A stretch of 64,000 bases of DNA. Origin: Paraspadella gotoi (taxonomy: Eukaryota; Animalia; Chaetognatha). The number at the start of each line of letters is the position of its first letter. The stretch's first letter is position 1. The notes below the pieces were generated by a model. The model did not search any database, was not told where the DNA came from, and saw only the letters and a list, made by a program, of their open reading frames with translations. This document shows positions 10,606 through 23,670 of this stretch, in pieces. The translations under genes were made by a program, and so were the position numbers. The DNA is taken from the NCBI GenBank assembly GCA_051294375.1, contig CM119268.1:14714210-14778209 (forward strand), given 5' to 3'.

Positions 10606-13600
10606 TCGCTGGATCCCGTCGGTGGTCCGATCATTCGATCCGCGTTGCAGATTTATCTTGGAAACGCGCGGGAGGCGGGCCCGAGATGGAGCCCGGCGGG
10701 AGATGCAAGTGGCGGGAGATGGGAGCGAATAAGAGATGGTAGTGTGCCGCAGATTGTGAAGGGTCAGAGATGGGAGAGAGGTGCGAACGAAGATAGAAAT
10801 GGTGGCGGCGTTGTCGATGTTACAAAGATCTGGTGGTTGACGATGGTGGTTTCCGCGGCGCTGTGTCGGCGCTTGCGGCAATGCCAGTGGTGGTTGCGGC
10901 GCCAGTGGGCGGAGCCGGCGGCGCAAGGGGGGCCTTAGGATTTAGCGCAGGCGAATCGCGCCGCCAGTAACGGAAAACGCTGGAAACAATCTTGGAAATC
11001 GGCCGACGGGAATCCAGGGGGTGAGGGAGTAAGGGGGAAAGTAGGAGGGCTGGGGGAGCGGGGCGACGGGGGGAATGGGCGAAAAGATGGAGGAGTAAGG
11101 TGGTGGGGAGGGATGATGAAATATATAGGGATTCGAATTTATATAGATCTCTGATTAGGCGAGAGGCGAGCAGGCATGATATTCGAAGGGGTGCGGGCTG
11201 AAAAAAAACTCGATGGCGCCGCGCCTCGAGGATGTGGCAATATGAAGCCGGTATTAAGGGGGCGTTAAAGAGGGAAGCGGTAATCGGGAGCTGCGGGGTG
11301 GGGGGAGGGTACGCAGAGGTTTGAGTACGGGTGAGGGAGACGTTTTTTTTTTTTCGATTCGAGAGAAAAGGTACAAGAATGATATAGGAAACCTGAAAAA
11401 AAAAAGCCGGAGCCCAATTCTGGAGGATCTGATCCCCCAAAATAGAAAATGAAAATAGATCCGTCGATCTTACTACTATATTCTTTTAAAAAACTTTCGC
11501 CTCTTAAGTTTTAAATTCCTCTCTTCTATTTTCCTATCTGGGGAGGAATTCGTGAATTCGAAAACTTCATAATCACCTGTAATTTCAAATGCTTCGAGTC
11601 TTGAACGTCTCATCACTTCTTTCTCTTTTCTCCCCTCTGATCTATGGAGCTCTTTTCTGGCTCTCTATCCCACATTCCCTGTTTCTCTCTCTCTCTCTCC
11701 CTTCTCCATCTCACTCTCTCCCTCTCTCTCGCCCGCGATGTAATCCTTTCGCTGCCTCCCGCGATTCTCGAGGCAGTCGGTCTCCGATATTAATAGTTTG
11801 AAGCTGTTTTTTTAAAAAAAGCTTTTTTAAAATAGGAAAAAAAAAAGTCATGATATTTGAATTAAAAGATGAATAATATGAATCCTTGTACCTTTAAAAG
11901 GCTTTTTTCCCGATGGGATCGCTTCCCCTTCAAGATTTTGGTTTCGAAGCTTGATTGCTCCGTCGGTCACAGACGGAGAAACCTGGAGCCGAGTTCCGCC
12001 CACAGATCGTACCAAGCCAACCACAGACAAAACATATTAACAACAACAACAACAACGAATTAAACAACGGGACAACGTCGACGGCCCGATCTTCAGCTCG
12101 GCGACCGATCTCTGCCCGGATCTCGTCTTTTTTTTTTCCGTCGTCGAACGGGCTCGGTAATTTTGCTATGATTAAGTTGTTTACACTTACGGTTGGCGTC
12201 GGCGTCAAGCGCTCTGAACCGCGGCGTTACGGCATTGCCGACTACGGTTTAAATGGCCCCATGATAGAACTGTTGTAATGGCCAGAAGAAGGATTCGAGG
12301 AACCTGGGGCGGTCGATTGGCCAACGCGAGAGGTTTCCTGGGCCTTGCTTGGCTGGAAGACCAATGATTGCTTTGGTGAACCCGGCGCGGGGACAATTAT
12401 CTTTCTCTCCGGTTCATGCATGTTGAGCAAGATAAGGCTGTGGACAATGGTGCGGAAGAGGTGTTGTGCAGCCATGCGGTGGCGTTTCGTCAGCGGTCGT
12501 GTTTGACTCTCACCAGTGCGGAGACATGAGTCCGCCGCCCGGTTCCAATCGCCCCCGCCCGCGCTTTCTCTCGTCTCCTCGATCATTTCTCTCCTCTCTC
12601 TCTCTCTCTCTCCTACTCTCTCTCTCTCGCTCTCTCTCTCTCTGCTTCTCTCCTCTCTCTCTTCTCGGATGAATGCATGCGTTGGCGGCGTTTGCCCGTC
12701 CACCTCCTCTCTCTCTCCTCTCTCACTCTCTCTCCCGTCGCCTGTGGCGGCGTCGGGACAGCCTTCGTGTAGACCTTACAGGGTGCGCGAGAGCGTTTTT
12801 CCCGTAGCTGAATCAACCACGTCGGTCCCTTCGATCACCGCCCTGACGCCATCCGCGAAGACCGGGCCTCCGCCTCGCTTTAAACCCCCCTAACCTAAGG
12901 CCCGCTCAGATGCGCGCCCCGCCAACCGCCCCGCCAACCGCCCCCGCCACCGACCCCGCGCGAAAAAACACCTCCTCCGGTCCCCGAAGAAAATTAGTGG
13001 ATGGCTCGCACCGAAGTCCGGACGTGAAGTTGCCACTGCTGGCCCGCCGAAAAAGTGTAAACCCTCGGAGCCGAGAGCAGAGGAGAGGAGAGATAAGGAG
13101 GAGCGAGGAGGAGGAGGAAGAAGGAGGAGAAGGAGGAAAAAGAAAGGATAAAAGGAGCGGGAGAGTGAGGGAAGAAAGGAAGGAAGAGAGAGAAGGAGTA
13201 TGAGGAAAGTAGATAAGATAATATAATTGTAAGGAAAGAGAGAGAGAGAGATGACGAGAGAGAGAGAGAATACAGGCAGAGAGAAGAGAGAGAGAGAGAG
13301 AGAGNNNNNNNNNNNNNNNNNNNNNNNNNGAGAGAAGAAGGTTGACGAGCTGAAGAGGGATGAGGAAAGCCCAGGGCAAAACGCTTCTTCTAAAAGTGGA
13401 GAGAAAGAAAGCGTAAACAAAAAAAAAGCAAACAAAAAAAGCAAAGACAATGAAAAAAACTTTGAAAGACGGAATGATATATAGAGAGCGAGACGATTTG
13501 GCCAAACCGGGATTGGACGAACGTGGATATTTACCGGAAACTGGAAAAAATCCAACACGAAAATCTAAAATAGCAAGGTTAACCTTAGCCTCGAGCAATT

Positions 13601-15060
13601 TAACAATGAAAATCCAACAAATCCAAACTGTATCGATTTGAAAAACTTCTAATCTTTATTGAGAGAAAACCAAAATGATATCGTCCATAAAGTAATTTTT
13701 CTTTTGGCGAAAAAACTTTTTTCGTTGAGTCATCAACATCGACGACGATGACAATAGAAGAGACGACGACGNNNNNNNNNNCGACGACGACGAAGACCTC
13801 CGAAAATGATCGATTCGATGACAACATTTTTCAGACTTTTCTTTTCGAGAAAAATAACTTGAGAATAAGTTGGGTTCTTTTTATCAGAATAAAAATTAGA
13901 AAAAAACTTCGGTTCTGAGGTTTAGAATTCGGACTACGTGAATTTTCAAGTCTCATCCGATTCGAGTTGTTGTCTGTGATCCCACAGAGTTTTCCCCTCC
14001 CACCGCCGTCGTCGTGGTCGTTGTTGTCGTTGTTGTTGTTTTGGTTCATCAAAATCTCGCGACGCCCACAGAAAATCGTCGTCGTTGTCGTTGTCGTCTA
14101 GACGGCATTCGATGTTGGTGGACCATCGAAAGATCGAGAGATTTTTCGTATAAAAATTAGGGTCACGTTTGTCAATGCTTTTTCTTATTTTATTTTTAGC
14201 TAGTCTAAACATTCTTAAGATAAACTCAGCTGAAAGACCCACGACGATCTACTTTCGAACCAAAAAAAAAGAGAAAAAGTTGGGTCTTCGTTATTTTTCT
14301 TTCCACTTTGTGGTTTCATTTTCCTTTCTTATTTTCGTGGCTCTGTTTTTCCCCCGATTCCCTTTTTTTCCCCTATTTGCTTTTTTTCCCCTTTTTTCTT
14401 CCACTTTGCTATTTTTCCCCCTGTAACCCTTTCTCTTTCTTTCTCTCTTCTTTAATTAACTAAAAAAAACAATTTTCGGTTAAACGCGAATTTCAGAGAA
14501 AAATTTCAGATTTTGACGCAAAAAAAGAAGAAAAACAACAAGATTTTTCTTCTTTTTCCAATAGCGCTGAGAGAGAGACGAGAGAATGACGAGAGAGAGA
14601 GAGAGAGGCACACCATCATGAGAGGACGATGAAAGAAAGACGAGAGATTGCCAGGCTATATTACCAGTGAAGAGTTAAAGAACAGGAGAGGAGAGAGTAA
14701 ACATAGAGCATAGAAGCAGAGACGATGCATGTCTGGAGGACTTGCAGGCGATCAAAGTGCCGACTGGTCTGGAGTCTAAAGCGTAGCTGAAGCGAGCAAG
14801 AGATGACACTAGAGTGTGGAGATGAGAAGCAAGAGCAGAGGAGAGAGAGAAGAAAGAAAGACGGAGAGAAAGAAAGAAAGGAGAAAATCCCTGAAGCTTC
14901 GGTAACCGCCGAAAACGCAGACTAAACATTTAATCCTTTCGCCAGTTAAGACTGAGAATCGANNNNNNNNNNNNNNNNNNNNNNNNNNNNNNNNNNNNNN
15001 NNNNNNNNNNNNNNNNNNNNNNNNNNNNNNGGAGGCAGGACAGTGAAAAAAATTTTAGAA

Positions 15061-15085
15061 AAAAAAGAAAGAAGAGAATAAAGAT

Positions 15086-15176
<91 letters not shown>

Positions 15177-15178
15177 AA
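15061..15178. repeat. (GAAA)n microsatellite
   Basis: Read directly; representative of many such tracts in the window. Confidence 0.95.
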
Positions 15179-15493
15179 AAAAAAATTTCCGGATTATAAT
15201 CCGATTGTAAAGCATAAAGAAATATGTCGAGCTCATTAGCGTTTAAAAAAAATAGAAGCAAAAACAATGATTAATAATTTCCTCATTTCTCTTTTTTTTC
15301 CCTTTTTGCCGCTGCGACTTCGCCCTCAAGGTAAGGCCAACCAATTCCCTTATATTTTATTTTATTTATTAATTTTATTTATTAATGAAACATGTCAACT
15401 TATCTATTCTAAAATTTTTATCACCTTTTTCGTAAACTTACAATATTGTATGTCGTTTTAAAAAGAGTAACAAATAGGAAAATTTGCGCGCGT

Positions 15494-15595
<102 letters not shown>

Positions 15596-18541
15596 GGGCT
15601 TTTGACTCCCGCGGAGGGAGATAATGTGACTTATGAAGGGGGCGGCACGTCGGCGTCGTCGTCGGCGTCGTCGTCGTCCTCGGCATCGTTGGTGCCATTC
15701 ATCCCGCCGCTGATTTGTGGTGAGATCGAGGCACGAAGTGGGATGCGCTTTGGGGTGATTGCGGGGTGATTTGTGAAAGTGGTTCGGCCACGGGGAGACG
15801 GAGTGATTCGACCATTGCGTGGCTCGAATCACAAAGAAAATAATTTTCCCCGAATCGGAGAAACAGTCGACAGTTTCGGTGATTAAAGTGACCCAAGATT
15901 TCTACGGACAGACGGACCGGCCAAAAGAGAAAAAAACTCAGTATTATTTTGGTCGAGTGAAATCCTTAATTTTCGATTATTTCATCCGTCGATTCTGGTA
16001 TGATCGGCCAAGTTGTCCTTTGTTCAATGTCCAAGTGTCCAAACTCCAAACGAGTCTACGGACTAATTTTAGCGCAATTCCCTGTTGTCCCTCCCCTCAA
16101 TGTTTCAGCCGTGGAATATCTTCATTCTCCCCCCCCTTTCCTCCCACGAACCGTCCGTGAAACTGGTTCTTTTTTTTTTCGTCGCCGTCGACGTCAACGT
16201 CTCCTCCAGTCCAAAAAAAAAAGTAGTTGAATCAGTGGGCGTGGCGTCGAGGACCATCAACGCTATCATGAGATTGCAGACGACGACGACGACGNNNNNN
16301 NNNNNNNNNNNNNNNNNNNGAAGAGCAAATATATATAGAGGTGAGAGTAGCACGCTTATCCTCTATATACTAAATTATTAAGAGATCAGCAGAGTCATAG
16401 ATCAGGAGACATAAAAATATAAAAGAGTCATGCGAAATTTGTTACTGTTTTTGAATATATTTAAATTGCTTATCACTGGGTTTATATTTAACTGTCGCTC
16501 ATATATCACAATTTAGGAGGATAGATAGATATTTGGTTCAGTCAGGGCGAGTGGACTTTTTCATTTTTTTTAATTCGCTCTTCTCTGAACTTGTCATTCT
16601 TTTCCTTTTGCACCCGGAAGGTATCTGTTCCTTTTTTCTCAAACCGTGTCTGTTTACAGAAATTCCTTATTTTATTCTTCTTTATATTTAGACCATAAAT
16701 AGCGAAATATATGCGTTTTCTACCATCTCTGTTTTAAAAGTTGGTTATTCTGTGGACACATGTCGTCCTGCGCGCGTGTTTTCTTTTTCCTCACACCCCT
16801 GCTCTTTTTCTTAAAATTTTAAACTGCTTTTACTCTACGAATGCTCCGTCTTTTATATTCCGTCGTTTTTTATATTTTCTTCTATCTCGCATCTCGCCGA
16901 AGAAAAACGTTTTGCAAGGTTTTTAAAAGTTTTTATTATCCTGTTTTGACATTGAAAACAACACATCGTTTTTCGTGTATTTTGTAAAGAGTTTTCAATC
17001 TTTTTAGCAGATTTGAAAGAAGTCGTGTTCACTTAGGGTTCGAGTAGAGATTATCTCACCGATTTTTATGCTCATTGAGAAGCTCGATAGAGAAATTGCA
17101 TCATCATCAACAGATTACACCCGCCACGCAGCAGAGAGAGTAGAAGGAGACTAAATAAAAAAAGAGAGAGGAAATTTGTTTTGTTGATTTATATATAAGA
17201 AGATGATATTGTAATAACTCGTCCCTCACACCGCAAGCTTTTACAACTCGACCTGACTGTGTACTTTGCAGAAGTATTTTAACGTTTTTTATTGTTCGTG
17301 TCTTTTCTCTTGAATAATTTTATTTCTGTCTCTCTATCGCTGGCTCGCTTTCAGTAGAAATTTTTATCTCTTTTACATTTGAAAAAGCGTTTTTCGGTTT
17401 CTTGCTTTTAAAGTTGTTATCGTTCTTTGGAAATATCGGGGAGTATTTTAACCCGACACTTCTCTCACTCACTTTATACTGTTAGAAGAAGTAGATTTAA
17501 ATACGGTAGAGATTTTTTTTAGATAAATAATATATTACATGGAGAGAAAAACGTATTTGCCTTTTTTTTAAAGGTTTATTTTACATTGGAAAAAAATCGA
17601 GTATGTTCTGTTATTTTTAATATGTCTATTATTCAGTTAATCCTGTTTTAAACCGCAGACAAAGTCGTTGTATTCAGGTGTCACTTATGAGCGTTTTATC
17701 ATTGAGAGTCTGCGCGCAGCCTTAGACGAAAAGGGCCCGCAACATAAAATTCTATAATTAGGAAGAAAAGAGAGAAAGGAGATGAGACATAAAAATAAAA
17801 AGCCAGAGGAAAATTTTGTCTCTCGTTTCTGCATACCAATACAAAGTGATTTAATCCACTTGCTGCTCCTGCCTCGCTATTTCATTTTCTCCGCTTCCCT
17901 TTTCATATTTAAACCATATCCCAAATCCGATGATCGCCCCTTAATCTGCGCGCCCCCCTGCCCCCATCCCCACATGCGAACGGCGGGCCGCTGTATTATT
18001 TTCTTGCAGCACCTGAGTTTGACGTAGGATTGGATATTATTGGACAAGAAGTGAAAGACTGGAGGGAGTGTCTCGTGCGGTCGTCGTCGTCGGTCGTTCG
18101 ATACCGTTCGTTCGGTTCACGTTCGTTCTGTTCTGTTCGCCTCGTCACTCTTTGGTGTTTTGTTTCGAATGAGCACGATGCCATCGTCCATTTTTTGTCC
18201 GTCCGTCGTATCGATGGGAGGGTGGTGTGGTGAAGAGGGAATAGGAGTTAAAAGGAGGAAGGGGTGGAAAAGAAAAGGGGGGAGAGAATTTTCTTGATAA
18301 AATAGGAAGCAGAGTTGAAGGAACTCGGAGTCGCGGAAAAAGAAGCCACGCAATATCCGAGTTGGCTGTGACCAAAGGACAGAAAGAAAGAAAGAGAGAT
18401 AGAAAGAGAAATAGAAAGAAAGAACAAAGAAAGAAAGAAAGAAAGAACCAAAAGATGACAGAAGAAAAGAAATAAGAAAAAATAAAGAAAGAAAGAAAGA
18501 AAAAAAAAGACAAGAAAGAAAGACAGAAGAAAGAAAGAAAA

Positions 18542-18574
<33 letters not shown>

Positions 18575-19894
18575 GGCGGAGACAGACAAACAGTCTGAAC
18601 TTTGACCCGAGAAAAAATTGCCCGACGACAAAGGGGATGACGTGAAGACGGGAGTGATTCGTTCACTCCTTCGCTTGGGGTGAAGTTCTGAGTGAAAATT
18701 ACGCTCTGTGACTCAGTAGAGCGGTGATTTAGCGACTAGTTCCAGTTTAAATGAGAAAAACATGTACGGTATAAGGTCCGTGTTGTCGTTTTGCTGTTAT
18801 AATTTATGTATTTTAAAATTATATTTTAATAAATACTACTATTGATTCCTTTCCTTCTTTTTTTTTTAAATCCTAAATTGTGTGGTTTCCCTTTTCATAC
18901 TTGTCATCTCTTTTTTCAAAGTTTTGGACATATACTCTCAAATATCTTCTCTTTTTTATTTCTTTTAATTCCCTCTTTTCTAACTTTACTCGCTATCATC
19001 TTTTTCCTTTGTTTCCATTCTCCTTCTTTTCTCACTTTTCCTCTTTCCTTCTTTCCCTTCCTCCTTCTTTTCCTTTCCTCCTGCCTCCATTTCCCTCCCA
19101 CCAACCCTTCCAGAGTCCAGAAGCGAAATTTATTCGCGATATTGATTTTCAAATCAATATAAGGCCCTTCCATCTCTCCCGAGCCCCCAAGGGGGCCTTG
19201 ACCCGCAGTCCCTCACCCCGAATCTGCACGAGCGATCCCCCGGGGAGGCTTCGCGCCTTGACCTTGCCCATTGCCAACGCCCCTCTCAGCTTATCAACTG
19301 ACCCTTCTTCTACCGCCCCTCTCAGTCCTACATCGCTGCTTCGTCGCTTCCCTGTTCGCGCCCCCGATCCCTCCGGCCTGCACTTTGTAGCATCTGCTCG
19401 CTCGCACTTTGCTGGAGGATCTCCACGCACATCCTTGCAGCTACGGACTTCTCCGCAGCATCCCAGCAGTCAGTCTCTTCAGCATCGCCGAGTACCGTCT
19501 CTAAGGCCAACGCCCTCTGCTTTGCGTTCCGTCGCACCAAAGCCAGACAAGTCGCTGTTTCTCGATGCTCACCCATACTCGAGACTGACTCTCTCTCTAA
19601 CTCTCTCAATCCAATCAAATTCAAAAAAAACCCCCTGCTTCTCACTATCATCATCGATTCTCTCGTCTCCTCTTTCGTCCTCTCTTTGAATCTGTCTTTT
19701 TTATCTCCCTCACACCATTCTCCCTTTAGTTTACCCGTTCTTCATAGCCTCGCCACGCCACCAGACTGCGAGCCGCACGAGGATTCCACTTACTTATCTC
19801 TTCCCTCACCTACTCTCCCACCTATCTCTTCCGCTATCCCCCCGAGCGCCTCTTTCTCTTAGGCGCTCGCCATTTTCTATCACGATAGAAGTGA

Positions 19895-21400
19895 CTAGAA
19901 GATGACGTCATCAAAGGTCGTCACGCCGCGCACCATCGATGGCGAGAGGGAAAAGACCTTCACGATGGCGTGTCCGTTGGCGGTCGCGGAGTGGCGGGGC
20001 GTATGGCATGCCAGCCGAGCTGCAAGCTTTTGACGAGCGGCGGGGTCTGCTTTGGCGGCGGCGCGATCGAGCGGTGGAAGGCGGGGATCGAGCGTTGCAA
20101 CATCGGAGCCTCTCGCACCATCCCAAAGGGACGAGCCACACCAGGCCGGCGGTCGGGGTCGCGCACATAAGAAGAGCTTCGAGTCGTTACGGCCATGGAC
20201 GCCGAAGCGCGCTCGCGACCCTACGCGGGCCCCGGGCCGGGCGTTGGCCGTTTGAACGGCGCCAGATTGGGCAATGGGCGAAACCGTCGCGGTTCGTGCC
20301 ATGGACTTGAATGCTTTGGTCGCCAAAATTATAATGGTAGAAGCATTGGCTCGCCATGTGGGCAGGTTTCGCTGATGTGGCTGGGCCAAGCGGGGTGTCA
20401 AATTTGAGTGTGCGCACGGTTGTTGCTGTGTGCGCCCTCGCTCACGCGTTGCCGGGCGCTGTTGTGATGGCGCAGCTGCTGCCTATGTGGGCGCTTGTGT
20501 TGAGCGCTCGGTGCGGCGGTCGTCGTAACCGCGTTCCGCCCTGCCGGCGTAGGATATGGGGGCATTGTCGTCGTCCGCTTGTCGATTCGTACTGGAAGCT
20601 AGACAGTGAGCCTGTCCACTGTAGTCTCAATGGAGGTGACGGCGTTCACCGAGCGATGAGTTGCGGGTCTGAGCTATAGCTGGAAGTTTTGTCCAGAGGG
20701 AGAAAGACTCGTCGGCATCCTTGGCAATGTCGGCGGGCTTTTTGTCCTTCCTGACGGCGTGCTCTCTGACGCTTTGAGGGAGGCGCGGCGGCCAAGATGG
20801 CGGACGTTAGACTTTTCGATGGTAACTGAGGCCTTCCAGGACGGCGTCGAGAGGCGGAGAGGTGTTTGAGATGGGAGTGACGCCTATCTCGACGACGTCA
20901 TCTTCAACGCCTTTTGCGCAGCGCGCCTGTTGGCATCTTCACCCATAGATCTTCTGCAGGTGAGAAACGAGATTCTTGTGAGCGTCGGGACCCTCGTCGA
21001 TGCGAAGAACCGTGGGTGGAATAGCCGATGACAGGGAGATGGGAATGGCGCTTGAGGATCCTGACGCCTTCTTTTCCCGCCGTGCTCAGTGTGAACGCCA
21101 GTGGCGCCGAATTCCCGGCGGTGTGGTCCGCTAGCCATTCCTCTGATGTGGTGCAAAAGGCTCAAAGAGTCGTCAGCTTTGGAGTTTTCTGAATCAGTCT
21201 GGTCGCGCTGACTCACAATCCTTGGGAGGTCTTGAGGCGTTTGCCACAAGGGGCGGCGTTCGCTGGCCCGTTCCGTCACTCCAGACACTGAAGGGGCAAC
21301 TTGTCCGTTGAAGCGGTACTTATCTGCGTCCGCTGAGGGAGATCCGTCCTTTCCGTTGACGCAGGCGGAGTTTGGTATTAGAATGCAGGTCAAGGGAGAT
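19895..21400 (-). mobile_element. Degenerate Ty3/Gypsy LTR retrotransposon gag/protease region
   Basis: Minus-strand fragments across several frames: LPQSVR...KKPADIAKDADE (gag; ~20720-20785) and QCFYHYNFGDQ+AFK (Gypsy gag CxYHxxFGxxAxxC motif; ~20310-20350). Then LF..RDP..LVWLV..GA and ATANGHAI resemble the aspartic protease region. Heavily frameshifted. Confidence 0.55.
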
Positions 21401-22919
21401 AGGCAGAGATGAAGAGAGTCAGGTAATGGATGTATCGATATATTGTAGAGGAGCATGAATATTCGGAAGGGAGAGCCCCGTCGAGAGCGGAGAAAAGGAT
21501 ATAGTCAGAGAAGAGAGCGGTGTGGCGAGAAACGGAGTAGAGTAAAGAGAGGCCGAGAAAAAGCGGTCCGTACGAAGGAGCCAGGCCAAGTGGCGAAATA
21601 GTCGAGGAAGTAAGGAGAAGGGATGCAGAAGTTGCGCAGTAGGTCAGAACAGAGATCGAGAGAGAGATGAGAGAGGAGAGAGAGAAGAGAGAGCAATCGA
21701 GTCAGTGATTCTTCCTGAGCGATGAGAGCGAGGGACGCAGAGAGAGAGAGGGAGACGGTAATGGAGGGGACGCAGAGTTGGTGACACCCAATCCTTTGGG
21801 GTTGACAGATGACAAAGACTGGAGCAGGGCATTTATAATGCAGATATGAATTATAATTCACTCCACTTTGAAAAAACTTATATCTCTGCCTTGAAAAAGA
21901 GGGGTTATGATTGCTTAGAGTCATAAATGATTGACTTTTAAAAAATATTCGTTTTGAAGAAGTTGTATTGGGCAAAAAAAAAACGATTCGATCGAGAGAC
22001 ATTTGAGAGAAAAAAAAAAAAAAAATAGAGTTATGAGTCAAAAACGGTTTAAATCTAAACCATCTCCATTATCACGAAAATAGTTTGAAATTCACAAATC
22101 TCTGGTATCGGCGGACATATCCGCGCTCTGAGTTTCTATGTTTCGATTATCTGGGATTGAAACGCCTTTTATTTATTCCTTTTTTGTTTTTTTGTTTGTC
22201 GTTATTTTAGGATTTTCTTTGCCATTTATAATAATTTCTTATCACGGTCCGCGCACCGCCCTTTCCACCTACTGTTGTTGGATCGTTATATCTTAAGTTC
22301 CCAGATGTGCAAGTGATTAATTATTGCTTCAAACGCAGGACGTTACTATTTACAGAAGGAGATAAGAAGTGATCACAATCTTTGAATATTAACCCATGTG
22401 TTCCTTCTTCACGCTTCTGCTTTCATCACGTCTCTATCTCTTTCACCCCCCATTTCATCGTTCGGTATTCTTCCAACTCTCTCACGTCTCTCAAGGTCTA
22501 GCTCCAATCACTCGCCTCCTTTCTTTCCTCGTCTTCTCGTTCTTTGATCTCCCTCTCTCTCTCCCATCCTTTCCCTACACGGGAGAGCGAAGTGTGGGGC
22601 CTTAAAACCTTATTCCAACCACACCATAATACAACTTCCCTCACTATCAATCAACTCCCTCTAAAAACAAGGATCTCATGATCTTCGGACGCGGGAAGAC
22701 TCCCTGTTATTAAATCTCCCTCGTCCTCTTTTTCGGAAACCTCTATTCATTTTCTCGTATTTTATTTTTTCACTCGCTCGAATTTCGTTCGTCTCGTTTT
22801 TCCGCATCTTGTTTTTTGGGCACCGCGAGAGTATCTCTCATCGCTCACCCGCGTGGCAATACGTAGTTTGTTGTTAGCGGATTAAGGCAGTGAAGTAGCG
22901 TTGCCCCAAATCTATACTA

Positions 22920-23670
22920 GCTAGAACCTGAGTTCCTCCCGATTTGGGTATTTCTTACTAGGTAGGCGCGACGCAGTTATTGTATTGAAGCAGGCTGTGA
23001 AGCACTGGTTTACAGGTTTCGGGATTTTCAAGAGCTCAAGCGACACCTGCTCGAGTGGTCCCGCTTGACTCGGCGACGATATATGCAGACATATAGATTT
23101 ATTAGCCGGTGTGGAATTATAATAGGGGGGGGGGCCGAGGGGGGGGGGGGATACGCGGATGTTATTATTATCAACATAAGAAAAGACGTACAAATCCGTC
23201 GGTACGCCATCGTGCAGAGGCTAAAGTCGAGGCGGGATGCGAGGGCGACGAGCGCCAAAGAGGTAACTAAAAACAGAGAAAGGATGGAGTGCTGAAAGAG
23301 GAGGGACACAGCGCCGTGAGACGAACATATATGCCGAGGGATAAAACAATCCCTTTTTAACGTCCTTTTTCCGAGGTAAACGAAGAACGAATTGGGAAGG
23401 GGACCGGTATATGTTCAAGTATCAATGATCCAGGGACTCTCTTTGTTTTTGTTCAGATTAGTTGGAGGGTGGTAGGGGGTTGGATGATTCCGGAAAAGTA
23501 CTGGAGGGCGTATTAATGTGCTTCTTTTACAGATGGTGGGCGAGCGACTCTCGGCCGCGAGGAATGTCGGCAAATTGATAAGTGCGGGAGTGTGACTCAT
23601 TTTGGGTCCGGCGCGAATTTTTCCGTACAGCGGAAATCTATCATGATCGCGGTGATGGACTCAGCCGAAA
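22920..23670 (-). mobile_element. Degenerate Ty3/Gypsy integrase C-terminal remnant
   Basis: HPTPYHPPTN resembles the integrase motif TTxYHPQTNG (~23460-23490). YVFSYVD..RVSPPPLGPPPY...GPLEQVSLELLKIP resembles the GPY/F-region consensus HVFVRxD..PLxPPYxGP...VSxDRLKP. Confidence 0.45.

Noticed and set aside
14165-14210. LAKNKIRKSIDK, resembling the TMF1 N-terminal AQKSIDR motif
   Set aside because: AT-rich context, wrong spacing and no MSW start; likely chance.
16150-16185. KKKRTSFT, resembling a homeodomain N-terminal arm
   Set aside because: No helix 1-3 consensus (no WFxN) follows, and the lysines derive from a poly-T run.
19150-19600. Possible Gypsy RNase H motifs (APLSLSTDPSSTA on +; RRYSA on -)
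   Set aside because: The hints lie on opposite strands and are too short to call.
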